From Enoplolaimus lenunculus (Eukaryota), in assembly GCA_030248215.1 (NCBI GenBank), contig JASANG010000727.1:1-64000 (forward strand): a stretch of 64,000 bases of DNA, given 5' to 3'. The position numbers and the translations under genes are program-made. This document shows, one piece after another, positions 48,873-63,590 of this stretch. Every line of letters begins with the position of its first letter. The first letter of the stretch is position 1. A model generated the notes under the pieces. It made no database searches, was not told where the DNA came from, and saw only the letters and a program-made list of their open reading frames with translations.

Positions 48873-50228
48873 ACGTCGCGGCAAATACAAATCAATACTG
48901 GCAATTTTAATAGAACGTGACCTAACCATACCAAAATCTTGGCTAAACCCATGAATACAATTAGGCTAATTATAAAGTAGTCAAAAAGCCAAAACTGATT
49001 GAAGGCTTGCGACCGTATAAAAACGATGAGTCATAAATAAAAAAATGACAAAGGTACTGTCTGAGTTACTTTATAGCCTCAACTTACATACGGGTTCGTA
49101 GCCAGACGAGGCCATGGAGGGCCAGCCCCGGGAAGAATTTTGCCCCCCAGACAATTTTCAACTTTGCTTGTAAGTCATCGACAACCCTTGTACGCTTCGC
49201 CTGAAAATTGTTTTAGCCCATCCTAGCAAGATGAGCTGGTTAACGAACCTGCTTCACGTACCGGTATATACACCGAACGCTAGACCAATTCGAAATGATG
49301 CTTAAAACAGTACGCTGCTAATCAGTTCAAAACACAAACGGGCGAATTTGTCTGTACCGAAACCGTATTGAAAACAAATAAATATGATTCTAAAGTCAGA
49401 ATTGTGTACAGGTGGTATGCATAATTGCCATTCTTTGCCGTCTTAGACACTTTTTGCATTTTTAAATGGGCCCATGCATAGAACAGGGCCGGATTGTTTT
49501 CCGGAGGGCCTATAATAGAGTCAGTTTAAGCTTTAGACTAATTTTTGTGCTTAGGCTTAGGCTTAGGCTTAGGAATAGGCTCATCCATACGCTTAGGCTT
49601 AGGCTTAGGAATATGCTTATACTACTGTTCCGGCAACGTTCTATACATGGGCTTTTAAATGTATTATATTTCAAGCAAAAAAACGTGTGCATTCTGTTCT
49701 CTTCCCAGTAATACTAGAATGATTGGGCATATAACATGTTTTAACCAGTGCCGGAGCAGACAGGGTTGCGGCTTCCCCTAAACTCCAGGTTGGGGACCCC
49801 CAAAATCGGGACCGAGAAGCCAGACACATCTTAAAACTTCGGAGGTTTTTGTTTCAACCGGTTAGGGTGGGTGGCCACTTTAAGGGTGGCCCTCCCCAAA
49901 TTGAGGGTATGGGGGTGGATGCCCCTTTAGGGGTTGCCCCCCAAATCGGAGGTATGGCGGTGGCTGCTCCGGCCATGGTTTTACACTTTTCCTCACAAAT
50001 ATTCGGTATAAATGTGGTGCTAAGATGTTAAGGTGGTGAGCTTCCAAAGCGAGCCACTTTCAATCTTAGTACGTTTGGAACCAATTGCAAATTTTTGTGG
50101 AACTTAGTTTACTGAATAAAATATAAAAACGTTTTTTATTACCCGAAAATATAAATGAGGAGTGAAAATGAAAGAAGGTTAGTCACACCCTGTTATTCGG
50201 ATCAGTACAGTTAGTCAGTAAAGTGTAA

Positions 50229-50923
50229 GGGTTGCGCTATATTTGACGTCCGGCATCGTCCGTCACCGTGCGTCACCCGTACGGCGTCGTCCGTCACCGT
50301 CCGTCACCCGAACGGCGCCGTCCGTCACCGTCCGTCACCCGTACGGCGCCGTCCGTCACCGTACGTCACCCGTACGGCGCCGTCCGTCACCGTCCGTCAC
50401 CCGTACGGCGCCGTCCGTCACCGTGCGTCACCCGTACGGCGCCTTCTGTCACCGTCCGTCACCCGAACGGCGCCGTCCGTCACCGTCCGTCACCCGTCCG
50501 GCGCCGTCCGTCACCGTGCGTCACCCGTCCGGCGCCGTCCGTCACCGTCCGTCACCCGTACGGCGCCGTCCGTCACCGTCCGTCACCCGTACGGCGTCGT
50601 TCGTCACCGTCCGTCACCCGTACGGCGCCGTCCGTCACCGTCCATCACCCGTACGGCGCCGTCCGTCCCCGTGCGTCATCCCCGTACGGCGCCGTCCGTC
50701 CCCGTGCGTCATCCCCGTACGGCGCCGTCCGTCACCGTGCGTCACCCGTACGGCGCCGTCCGTCACCGTGCGTCACCATACGTTATCGGATTTGATTTAT
50801 TTGTGTACGATACTGCACGGTGACGGACGTCGTCGTACAGTGACGGACGGCACCGTACGCGTGACGGACGCCGCCGTACAACTGACGGACGGCGCCGCAC
50901 GTCAAAAAAGTATAGCGCAACCC
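50229..50923. mobile_element. PIF/Harbinger-like MITE with an internal 31-bp GC-rich array (about 16-17 copies)
   Basis: TAA|GGGTTGCGCTATA ... TATAGCGCAACCC|TAA. Unit CCGTCACCGTCCGTCACCCGTACGGCGCCGT at ~50260-50778. Confidence 0.88.
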
Positions 50924-53698
50924 TAAAACGTAATCGAAGCGTATAAGCTTCATTCCTCAAAATATTGTTTGAAGTCAAACAGGTTTGTGCAATGAATTAC
51001 ATTTCTCAAGAAAAGCTTATATTCAATTCCATACATCGACATAAAAATCGAGGCAATTTTTCTGGTGTGCGTCCTTGAAGACCCCTATAGACTCAGACTC
51101 AAAATAATTATGTAAAATGTCATTTCAACCTGTGGAATAAGCTCCGTACACAACAGGCGCAATGGCGGACCATTGGGGGCCACTCCGGCCGTGTCCCCCC
51201 CAACAGCATCTCAATCAAAATTATATAGTGTCAATTGCTGTTCTACGCTGTTCCGAAAATAGCAGGCAGTTCTAACTCAATCAAAACCAGAAACACATGT
51301 TGCTGAAGCCGACTGGATTTTGCTCTTTCAAAACAGAATTGGCTTCCGAATCGGAGCCTTTAAATTTGTGCCTGTTTGAAACCAAATTTGAACTTATGTT
51401 GCCACCCTGTTGTTTAGATCTAAATTGCGCTGATGTGTTAGTTTTATTTGTGATTCATCTCAATTGAACGAACGTAAAGAAATCAATTTTATGGCAATTA
51501 TTACCTGTGAAATTTTGCCCCCCCCCATTGTGACATCCTGGATCCGCCACTGAACAGGCGGTCTTTGATTAAAAAGTACTCACTCATATGCGCAGTGCAA
51601 AATCTCCACAAGACGGCACAGCAACATCGTGCTCGAGCGTTCAACTCCTATGGATCAACAGTGACGGTAAACGACTCCCAGCCGATGTCCTGACGGTTCG
51701 AATTCGATTGAAATTAAATTCAAGATGAAATACAAAATATACGGGATAGAGTTCGAATTGTGTTGTACATATTGTGTGCCGCTGTCAGCCGGTGTACGTC
51801 TCCGTCCGTTACCGTGCAGTATCGGACGCGAGTAAATCGGGTGCCTTACCGCATGGAGATGGTCGGTGACATACCGCGACGGCCGGCGACAAGTTTATTA
51901 ACAACGAAAGCGCAATTAACAGCTGTCTGTTGAGGTACAAAGTTTAAACAAAAACTATGTTATCAGTGACCTGTTGATCGACTTATCGACCCATGTTACT
52001 TTAAGGGGCGTCCAGGTTCCTGATGGGTCCATAAAAGAGTAGGTTTAGATTTTATTTTGCAAAGCTTAGGCTTAGGCTTAGGCTTAGGAACACATTTTTG
52101 TAACGCTTAGGCTTAGGCTTAGGCTAAGGCTTAGGCTTAGGAACACATTTTTGCAACGCTTAGGCTTAAGCTTGGGCTTAGGCTTAGGGACACATTTTTG
52201 TAATGCTTAGGCTTAGGCTTAGGCTTAGGATTATGCTTACGTTTAGGCTTAGGCTCAGGCTTATGCTTACGCTTAGGCATAGGCTTAGGAACACATTCCT
52301 GCAACGCTTTACGCTTAGGCTTAGGCTTAGGAATACGCTTAATCTACTGTTACGCCCGTTAAAGTAACATTGGCCGACTTATGACTTGAACGATGATCAA
52401 CACGGATATCCAAAGTTGATAAGTAAACAATAAAATTGTTGCATTGGCTATTGTTAGGTATTCGTTGCAGATTAAAAACAACATGTAACTCTATTGCCAA
52501 TAACTCAGTAGCAGCAGTGAGTTTGGTTGAGAATAAGTTCACTGGGAATCGAGGCTGGCTTGCAGCCAAAAGGGGCACAGAGGGGACTCAGTCCCCCTGG
52601 ACAAATTTTGCCTTCCCCCCCTTCTCTAGAAAATTTTCAACCTTGTTTGTATTAACTCATTAAACGAATGTCTCCTGAAAATTTTTAGCCCCCTGGCAAG
52701 GTGAGCTGGTTACGGGTCTGTATCAAGGGTGTATACAGGGGAGATAAACTTCCATCCGAAATTGCTGAAGACTGAAGAAAAAAACGCTTTTAACACGCTT
52801 TTGAATAACTTTGTGGGCATTGTGGGCGTATAGACCGAGGAATAAATGGACATATCTCTCCTGCTCGACCCGAAATTGCCAGAGAGACAATAAAACAGCA
52901 ACTACCATCACGCCCGTAGCCAGTTCACCTTGCTGGGTGGGCTAGAAATATTTAATGAGGGTCACTCAAGCGTTTTCAATGACTTGCAAGCAAGGTTAAA
53001 AATTTTCTAGCGGGGGGGGGGGCAAAATATTTCCAGGGGGAAGCTCAGCCCCCCCTGGCCCTTCCCCCTTGGCTAAGGGGCCGACTACCACACTCAAATA
53101 ACATTGTCGACATTACGAACCTATACAACTCAATTTGACTCTGGCGGAGTCGAATTTGACTCAGTTTGTGTAGTCAGGAAAAGCCTATTTCAGAAAGAGT
53201 CAATTTGACTCACCATTTTTTGCAGTGTATATACAAGGAGCGAACAGGATATATACTCTCGCTTTAAAATTGTTGGAAGACAATACTTGTCACTTAACAT
53301 AATTTGGAATAATTTGCGGATCCTAAATGTCAAAAAAAAAATTTCTCGCTTGATAGGCTCGCTCGTGAAACAATATACTCCTTGCTACACCTTACAGGAA
53401 CAGGACATGAGCTTAAGTGTTGTAAATCATATGTTTAAGCTTAAAGTTCTGCCTTATACGTTCAACATAGACTTAAGCATAAACCATATTTCAGTCAAGC
53501 TGGCATCACCCAAGACTATTATATCGGTCCATGTAAAGATCAGGGTTGTAAATATCAGAGGCGGAACGTTTTTCTGTGAGACTGCAATAGAGTAAGCTTA
53601 AGCTTTAGACCATTTTTGCTTGGTTTAGGCTTAGGGTTAGGTTTAGGCTTAGGCTTAGGCTTAGGCTTAGGGCTTATGGCTTAGGTTTCAGGTTTAGG

Positions 53699-56600
53699 GC
53701 TTAGGCTTAGGCTTGGGCTTAGGCTTAGGCATAAGCTTAGGCTTAGGCTTAGGCTTAGGCTTAAGCTTAGGCTTAGGCTGTGGCTTAGGGCTTAGGACAT
53801 AGGCTTAGGCTTAGGCTTAGGCTTATAATACTGTTCCGCCCCAGTTCTTTACATTGGCCATTATATCTATCCAATTAGAGAAGAAACCAGAGAAGTTGTT
53901 GTCCAAACCAGAATTGCGCCCAAACGCGTTCATTGTCCAAACCATAAACAGTAAACGACAACGAACCTAAACAATAATCGCACCAGTGCAGTAAAATTCC
54001 TGGCACAGCCAAAGCCTAAATCTTGCATTTCGGCAATTGTTGTTAAACGCAGTCGTTGTTGCCGGCCTCTAGTCAGCTCACCTTGCTAAGGTGGGCTAAT
54101 ACTATTTCAGGAGGGGCATTCAAGGGTTTTCTATGATTTACAATCAAGGTTGAATATTTTATAGGGGGCCCAAATTTTTTCAGTGGGGACTGATGCTTTC
54201 CCTGGCCTTCACTTGGCTACGGGCCTGCGTCGTTTGGATTGTTGAATTTTAGCAATGGTTACATTTGGGCAATAGTCGTTTGCGTAGCTGCAACATTTCG
54301 GCATTTGTCCTTTAAGCCAGTGGAGTACCGAGAAATTTGGTTTGGGGGGGGGCGCATCTTGCCATGTTCGTGCATTAGGTTTCTACCAAAAGTGACATTA
54401 CAACCCTTTAACTGTGACCCATATCTAAATTTTTGGCGTGATATATGAGATTAGTCACGCTTTTTAAGTCGGCTTCGAGACCCCAATTTCAGAGTTTTTG
54501 TTTAGGTCCCCTCAATTTTTAGCTGGCTGGACAGCTGGGCCAAACCAAATTGTTCGTTACGTAAACATGATTTGAAGAAAATATCGCGTTTGAAACGAGT
54601 GAAAACCTACATACTATTGCCTTTAACTCTAGTACAGAACTTCAGTGTAGGGTCTTTGTTGGCGTAACTTTTGTCTTAGAGTTTAAACAGAGTGTAACAA
54701 ATCTCGTAACCAGGATTTAGTGTGAGTTTTGAAGAATTCGCGAGCGAGAAGCAATACATTGTTTCAGTATTAAATAACTCTTTAAGAGTCTCAAAATATT
54801 TCTGTGTTCATTGAACTGCTTGGTCAAAATCACCAAACCGGAATCCCCTCGTCAACCAATTGTGAAACTATGACGTTTTGCACTTTGCTTTGAGCTGATT
54901 AGGAAATTATACGATGAAGTTTTCCTTTGAACAGCGCCAAAGGCACAATTTTTTTGTAAATTGAATAATTAACAACCTCGCGAGCGAAGCGAGCTAGAAG
55001 CTAGGCCTAATTATTGTATCTAAAATGTAAATTATGACACACGAACTGATCCCGGTTCGGGGGCGGCGGCGGCGCGGCCCTTCCGGCCCCCCTCTCGGTA
55101 CGCCCCTGCTTTACGCACCATTTATACTTGCAAGTTTTTGCAGCGAGGACTTGCAGCTGGACGTTTTATTAAATAATATTTTTACAAAACTGACAGCTGC
55201 AAGATGAAGTTGTCAGTTCTCTCTGTAAACACTTTGCGATTCGACGCCAACATACACCTCATCCCACCTCCAGGCCCTCTTTTAGATACTGGCCCAACAC
55301 TAGCGGATCCAAATCGAAGCGTGAGGCGTACGTCCAATCCCCGTTAGAATTTGTCACAAAATGGTAAGATCCGGATCCTTCCATACCTTACAATTTTCCC
55401 CCTGAGAAAATTTTTTGTGAAAAATACAATTTTTCCCTTTAGAAAATTTTGAAGTGATAAAATGGCAAGGTCCCTCTACCTTACAATTGTTTAGTTTCAA
55501 CCGTTGCCCGTCAGAATTTTTTGGATCCACCTCTGTGGGCCAATCAGCTGGCCGGCCAATGTTACTTTACAGGGTGTAACAGTAGATTAAGAGTATTGCT
55601 AAGCCTAAGCCTAAACCTAAGCAAATGTAATCTAGACTCTAAACGTACTTTTTTATGGACCCACCAGAAACCTGGACGCCCCTTAAACTAACATGGGCCA
55701 GCTGGCCTGTGAAGCGAAAATCCACACAAAATACTACGCAGCCCAGTCATTCAGATATTAAATAAAGCAGTCAAAAGTGTACATTTCGATATTAAAACGT
55801 GTAATTGAGTCAATTTGTGTGCGAGGCAAGGGGACAGGGCGATACCTTCATTGAAAAATTTTTGCCCACCCCCATAAAAAAATTTACAACCTTGCTTGCA
55901 AGTCACTAAAAACGCTTGAATGCGCCTCCTAAAACATTTTTAGCTCCCTCCCTAGCATGGTGAGCTGGCTACGGGCGTGTTTGAGTGACGTGGCGATTTT
56001 TACCTCAAAAAATATCGTTTCTGCTATGTACACAAGTTTCCCTGTATCAGTACGAAAAACGTTTGTTTTGTTGAATATAATATCGTGTTTTCGGAAACTG
56101 AATAACAATACACTATATAAACAGTCAACCAAGCTATTGAATTTAAATATACATCAAAGCCTGTCCCTACTGTCGGTCCCGTAAGGAGATGAGGGTCAGG
56201 GAGGCACAAACTTCACAAGAAATATTTTGGGCAGCCCGTAGAATAATTTCAATCTCACTTGTAAAGTCATATAAAACATGGCTTTTTATAAAGATTTTGA
56301 CTAATGTAAAGAACTGGGGCGAAACAGTATTATAAGGATATTCCTTAAGCCTAAGCGTAAGAATAAGCATATTCCTAATCCTAAGACTAAGCGTATGCCT
56401 AAAGCGTAAGAATAAGCATATTCCTAATCCTAAGAGTAAGCCTATGACTAAAGCGTAAGAATAAGCATATTCCTAATCCTAAGACTGAGCCTATGCCTAA
56501 AGCGTAAGAATAAGCATATTCCTAAGCCTGCCTAAAGTCGGGCAAAAAATTTAGCCTAAACCTTAAGCTTACTCTATTGCAGTCCCACAGAAAAACGTTC

Positions 56601-59600
56601 TGCACCTGATCTTTACATTAGCCATAATTTTAGCCCTGCCAAGGATGTTGGGCAGACACTGGTCTATGTAGTGTTCAATAAAACACTTTCTACCACGGCC
56701 GGAGCAGCCACCCCCCACATCCCCATTTGGGCACCCCTAAAGGGCCCCCGCCCTAACCGGTTGAAACAAAAAAGCTTAAGTTTTAAAATGCGTCTGGCTT
56801 CTCGGTCGCGAGTCTGGGGCCCCCACCCTGGAGTTTGAGGAAGGCCACCACCCCTGTCTGCTCCGGCACTGGTTTCTACAGTCTATAATTTATGTAGAAA
56901 CCAAAATAGACTATAAAGCTTAACGTTATAGACGGCTTTACATGTAGAGACCATGGGACATTATATGTATCTATGACTACGACTATTCGTTACCTGATAG
57001 GTTGTCGCCGAACAATGTCCTAAAACCAATGAATAAAAAACTAAGCATAATCCGGCCCATGTGAAGATCAGAAACGGAACGTTTTTCTGCGGGACTGCAA
57101 TAGAGTAAGTTTAAACTGTAGACTATTTTTTGCTTGGCTTTAGGCTTAAGCTTAGGCTTTAGGCTTAAGAATATGCTCATTCTTACGCTCAGGCTTTGGC
57201 TTATGCTTAGACTTAGGAATAAACTCATTCTTACGCTTAGGCTTAGGCTTAGTCTTAGGCTTAGGCTTAGAAATATGCTTATTCTTACGCTTAGGCTTAT
57301 GCTTAGACTAGACTTAGGAATGTGGTTATAATACTATTCCGGCCCTGTTCTTTACATTGTCCCATAATCTTAAGCATAATCTTAAGCCTATAACCTAAAG
57401 CATAATGAATGTCATCGAATTGTTAAAGAGTCGATGAAATTCCGAATTCCATTATCTGAGTCGCACGTTTGACTCTGGCGGAGTGGAATTTAACTTAGTT
57501 TGTGTAGTCCCGAAAAGTCTATTTCGAAAAGAGTCAATCTAACTCACCATTTTTTGCAATGTACTTGGGCAACTAAAATGAGACAACATAGGACATTTAG
57601 GTCTGTCGATTTTATGGTCGATTACCACGTGGCGCTAAGATTTCGACAGGTTTGTCATCTTTGACCGATGCGTGACATCAGAATTCTTGCCCATGTACTG
57701 AACAGGGCCCGATCGCTTTCCGGAGGGGCTGCTATAATAGGGTCAGTTTAAGCTTTAGACTAATTTTTTTGCTAAGGCTTAGGCTTACGAATAGGCTCAT
57801 CCATACGCTTAGGCTTAGGCTTGGGCTTAGGCTTAGGCATAAGCTTAGGCTTAGGCTTAGGCTTAGGCTTAAGCTTAGGCTTAGGCTGTGGCTTAGGGCT
57901 TAGGACATAGGCTTAGGCTTAGGCTTAGGCTTATAATACTGTTCCGCCCCAGTTCTTTACATTGGCCATTATATCTATCCAATTAGAGAAGAAACCAGAG
58001 AAGTTGTTGTCCAAACCAGAATTGCGCCCAAACGCGTTCATTGTCCAAACCATAAACAGTAAACGACAACGAACTTAAACAATAATCGCACCAGTGCAGT
58101 AAAATTCCTGGCACAGCCAAAGCCTAAATCTTGCATTTCGGCAATTGTTGTTAAACGCAGTCGTTGTTGCCGGCCTCTAGTCAGCTCACCTTGCTAAGGT
58201 GGGCTAATACTATTTCAGGAGGGGCATTCAAGGGTTTTCTATGACTTACAATCAAGGTTGAATATTTTATAGGGGGCCGAAATTTTTTCAGTGGGGACTG
58301 ATGCTTTCCCTGGCCTTCACTTGGCTACGGGCCCGCGTCGTTTGGATTGTTGAATTTTAGCAATGGTTACATTTGGGCAATAGTCGTTGCGTAGCTGCAA
58401 CATTTCGGCATTTGTCCTTTAAGCCAGTGGAGTACCGAGAAATTTGGTTTGGGGGGGGGCGCATCTTGCCATGTTCGTGCATTAGGTTTCTACCAAAAGT
58501 GACATTACAACCCTTTAACTGTGACCCATATCTAAATTTTTGGCGTGATATATGAGATTACTCACGCTTTTTAAGTCGGCTTCGAGACCCCAATTTCAGA
58601 GTTTTTGTTTAGGTCCCCTCAATTTTTAGCTGGCTGGACAGCTGGGCCAAACCAAATTGTTCGTTACGGAAACATGATTTGAAGAAAATATCGCGTGTGA
58701 AACGAGCGAAAACCTACACACTATTACCTTTAACTCTAGTACAGAATTTCAGTGTAGGGTCTTTGTTGGCGTAACTTTTGTCTTAGAGTTTAAACAGAGT
58801 GTAACAAATTTCGTAACCAGGACTTAGGGTGAGTTTTGAAGAATTCGCGAGCGAAAAGCAATACATTGTTTCAGTATTAAATAACTCTGTAATCAAAATG
58901 TTTCTGTGTTCATTGAACTGCTTGGTCAAAATCACCAAACCGGAATCCCCTCGTCAACCAATTGTGAAACTATGACGTTTTGCACTTTGCTTTGAGCTGA
59001 TTAGGAAATTATACGATGAAGTTTTCCTTTGAACAGCGCCAAAGGCACAATTTTTTTGTAAATTGAATAATTAACAACCTCGCGAGCGAAGCGAGCTAGA
59101 AGCTAGGCCTAATTATTGTATCTAAAATGTAAATTATGACACACGAACTGATCCCGGTTCGGGGGCGGCGGCGGCGCGGCCCTTCCGGCCCCCCTCTCGG
59201 TACGCCCCTGCTTTACGCACCATTTATACTTGCAAGTTTTTGCAGCGAGGACTTGCAGCTGGACGTTTTATTAAATAATATTTTTACAAAACTGACAGCT
59301 GCAAGATGAAGTTGTCAGTTCTCTCTGTAAACACTTTGCGATTCGACGCCAACATACACCTCATCCCACCTCCAGGCCCTCTTTTAGATACTGGCCCAAC
59401 ACTAGCGGATCCAAATCGAAGCGTGAGGCGTACGTCCAATCCCCGTTAGAATTTGTCACAAAATGGTAAGATCCGGATCCTTTCATACCTTACAATTTTC
59501 CCCCTGAGAAAATTTTTTGTGAAAAATACAATTTTTCCCTTTAGAAAATTTTGAAGTGATAAAATGGCAAGGTCCCTCTACCTTACAATTGTTTAGTTTC

Positions 59601-61924
59601 AACCGTTGCCCGTCAGAATTTTTTGGATCCACCTCTGTGGGCCAATCAGCTGGCCGGCCAATGTTACTTTACAGGGTGTAACAGTAGATTAAGAGTATTG
59701 CTAAGCCTAAGCCTAAACCTAAGCAAATGTAATCTAGACTCTAAACGTACTTTTTTATGGACCCACCAGAAACCTGGACGCCCCTTAAACTAACATGGGC
59801 CAGCTGGCCTGTGAAGCGAAAATCCACACAAAATACTACGCAGCCCAGTCATTCAGATATTAAATAAAGCAGTCAAAAGTGTACATTTCGATATTAAAAC
59901 GTGTAATTGAGTCAATTTGTGTGCGAGGCAAGGGGACAGGGCGATACCTTCATTGAAAAATTTTTGCCCACCCCCATAAAAAAATTTACAACCTTGCTTG
60001 CAAGTCACTAAAAACGCTTGAATGCGCCTCCTAAAACATTTTTAGCTCCCTCCCTAGCATGGTGAGCTGGCTACGGGCGTGTTTGAGTGACGTGGCGATT
60101 TTTACCTCAAAAAATATCGTTTCTGCTATGTACACAAGTTTCCCTGTATCAGTACGAAAAACGTTTGTTTTGTTGAATATAATATCGTGTTTTCGGAAAC
60201 TGAATAACAATACACTATATAAACAGTCAACCAAGCTATTGAATTTAAATATACATCAAAGCCTGTCCCTACTGTCGGTCCCGTAAGGAGATGAGGGTCA
60301 GGGAGGCACAAACTTCACAAGAAATATTTTGGGCCGCCCGTAGAATAATTTCAATCTCACTTGTAAAGTCATATAAAACATGGCTTTTTATAAAGATTTT
60401 GACTAATGTAAAGAACTGGGGCGAAACAGTATTATAAGGATATTCCTTAAGCCTAAGCGTAAGAATAAGCATATTCCTAATCCTAAGACTAAGCGTATGC
60501 CTAAAGCGTAAGAATAAGCATATTCCTAATCCTAAGAGTAAGCCTATGACTAAAGCGTAAGAATAAGCATATTCCTAATCCTAAGACTGAGCCTATGCCT
60601 AAAGCGTAAGAATAAGCATATTCCTAAGCCTGCCTAAAGTCGGGCAAAAAATTTAGCCTAAACCTTAAGCTTACTCTATTGCAGTCCCACAGAAAAACGT
60701 TCTGCACCTGATCTTTACATTAGCCATAATTTTAGCCCTGCCAAGGATGTTGGGCAGACACTGGTCTATGTAGTGTTCAATAAAACACTTTCTACCACGG
60801 CCGGAGCAGCCACCCCCCACATCCCCATTTGGGCACCCCTAAAGGGCCCCCGCCCTAACCGGTTGAAACAAAAAAGCTTAAGTTTTAAAATGCGTCTGGC
60901 TTCTCGGTCGCGAGTCTGGGGCCCCCACCCTGGAGTTTGAGGAAGGCCACCACCCCTGTCTTCTCCGGCACTGGTTTCTACAGTCTATAATTTATGTAGA
61001 AACCAAAATAGACTATAAAGCTTAACGTTATAGACGGCTTTACATGTAGAGACCATGGGACATTATATGTATCTATGACTACGACTATTCGTTACCTGAT
61101 AGGTTGTCGCCGAACAATGTCCTAAAACCAATGAATAAAAAACTAAGCATAATCCGGCCCATATGAAGATCAGAAACGGAACGTTTTTCTGCGGGACTGC
61201 AATAGAGTAAGTTTAAACTGTAGACTATTTTTTGCTTGGCTTTAGGCTTAAGCTTAGGCTTTAGGCTTAAGAATATGCTCGTTCTTACGCTCAGGCTTTG
61301 GCTTATGCTTAGACTTAGGAATAAACTCATTCTTACGCTTAGGATTAGGCTTAGTCTTAGGCTTAGGCTTAGAAATATGCTTATTCTTACGCTTAGGCTT
61401 ATGCTTAGACTAGACTTAGGAATGTGGTTATAATACTATTCCGGCCCTGTTCTTTACATTGTCCCATAATCTTAAGCATAATCTTAAGCCTATAACCTAA
61501 AGCATAATGAATGTCATCGAATTGTTAAAGAGTCGATGAAATTCCGAATTCCATTATCTGAGTCGCACGTTTGACTCTGGCGGAGTGGAATTTAACTTAG
61601 TTTGTGTAGTCCCGAAAAGTCTATTTCGAAAAGAGTCAATCTAACTCACCATTTTTTGCAATGTACTTGGGCAACTAAAATGAGACAACATAGGACATTT
61701 AGGTCTGTCGATTTTATGGTCGATTACCACGTGGCGCTAAGATTTCGACAGGTTTGTCATCTTTGACCGATGCGTGACATCAGAATTCTTGCCCATGTAC
61801 TGAACAGGGCCCGATCGCTTTCCGGAGGGGCTGCTATAATAGGGTCAGTTTAAGCTTTAGACTAATTTTTTTGCTAAGGCTTAGGCTTACGAATAGGCTC
61901 ATCCATACGCTTAGGCTTAGGCTT
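53699..61924 (+). repeat. 4.1-kb tandem segmental duplication (53699-57806 and 57807-61924)
   Basis: Offset 4108, becoming 4102 after small indels near 54.8 kb. ORF calls are duplicated. Breakpoints lie in TTAGGC tracts. Confidence 0.95.
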
Positions 61925-61973
61925 AGGCTTAGGAATATGCTTATGCTACTGTTTCAGCCTTGGTCTATACATA

Positions 61974-62097
61974 GACCAAAATTCTGCTAGGGATACAGAA
62001 CAGTGTTGGCAACATGGACCAAAATTCTGCTAGGGATACAGAGCAGTGTTGGCAACATGGACCAAAATTCTGCTAGAGATACAGAGCAGTGTTGGCA
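61974..62097. repeat. 43-bp tandem repeat, about 3 copies, starting at a MITE terminus
   Basis: Unit GACCAAAATTCTGCTAGGGATACAGAGCAGTGTTGGCAACATG. Confidence 0.85.
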
Positions 62098-63200
62098 TTC
62101 GTATAACACTAAGTCTCAATCGGATTAATGCGGAAAAAATGCGGTCAGACAAGCTGAAATGCGCATTACAAAAAGTAATTGCGGCACTTTTTAAAACACG
62201 CAAAATCAAAATATTTAAACAAAATTGCGGGAAATTTAACATTTCGACCAATGTAAAGAACAGGGGCAGAACAGTATAAACATATTTCTAAGCCTAAGCT
62301 TTAAGCCTGAGCCTAAGCCTAAGCGTAGGAATGAGCATATTCCTAAGCCTAAACCTAAGCATGAGAATGAGCATATTTCTAAGCTTAAAGACTAAGCATA
62401 AGAATGAGCATATGCCTAAGCCTAAGTCTAAGAATGAGCATATGCCTAAGCCTAAGTCTAAGCCTAAGCGTAAGCAAAGCAAAAAATAGTCTAAAGCTTT
62501 AGCTTACTCTATATTGCAATCCCACAGAAGAACGTTCCAACCCCTGATCTTTACATAGGCCAACATTTCTAACAGAGAGGTGGCTATGCTATATTTGCTG
62601 TACGGAAGCATGCTCGTACGCAAAAGCCAGCACAACGTCTACTGAAACGTTACCGAAAAATTTATTTTTAACGCTATTTTATCGCTTATAATGGTGCGAA
62701 CACACAGAATGACAAAATCCTGAAACAAATGCAAAAGCTGAAACTTATGCAGTATGACACAAATTAAAAATTTGGGCAATACACGCTGAGACAACTTTAA
62801 AAAATAAGTTAGAATAATATGAAAATTTTTCTTAAGTTTTTTCCGAATGAGAAAAATTTGGAATACGAAAATACCTTCCAGAATCGAATAGTGAAAAATA
62901 CCGGATTTCCCTACCGGAACCGGAATTCCGGTTGCATCCTAACGGTCACCATACAATTTTACGGTTCTCCCATTTTCTGCTGACGCCCATGAGCATCCGA
63001 CTGCACCCTGGTGGCTACAGAAGACCAAACAGCAAACACTAAACACCTGAAACAACTTTCAAGTTCAAAGCTTTAATATCGAGCCAATATTCCAAAAAGC
63101 GCTGTAAAAATACACATAAAATAGTCTTATTTCGTGCGTCCACTTTAAAAATGTATTAACGTTGCACAGTTTACCAAACACCAACCTATACGCTTTAAAG

Positions 63201-63590
63201 CAGGGCCGGATTATAAGGTGGTGGAAGGCACCTGGGCCCATATGACCAGGAGGTTTTGCGCTCGTATGACAAAGAGGCCCGGGGCCCATATGTTAACAGG
63301 TCATTTTTTAACATAATTATTTTATACGCCAGAGCTTAAAGTGATACATTTTAATGAAACAAGTTGTACCAAAAATATGAAAAAAATTTGCCGGCAGTGG
63401 GACCGTTCTATATTTGCACTTTTCGGCCGTCCCAGACAGGTTCGAGAGAGCTTCCCAATGCAATGTTTCACAGCTTGTATAACTTCGTGGTCCGCGAAAA
63501 TGTTTTGTTGGCTTGTTATCCGGTGAAACATATTGACGGTTTTCGGTAGACTGGAGGCCCGGGGCCCGGACCCCCTTTAATCTGGTGCTG
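63201..63590. mobile_element. hAT-like MITE
   Basis: CAGGGCCGGATTA ... TAATCTGGTGCTG termini with a perfect 8-bp TSD CTTTAAAG. Confidence 0.85.

Noticed and set aside
48261..50926. Repetitive ORFs at 48261-48920 and 50243-50926
   Set aside because: They are open in several frames only because the minisatellite units lack stop codons.
53620..53825. True telomere or chromosome-healing scar
   Set aside because: The tract is short, degenerate and enclosed by TIRs with an 8-bp TSD.
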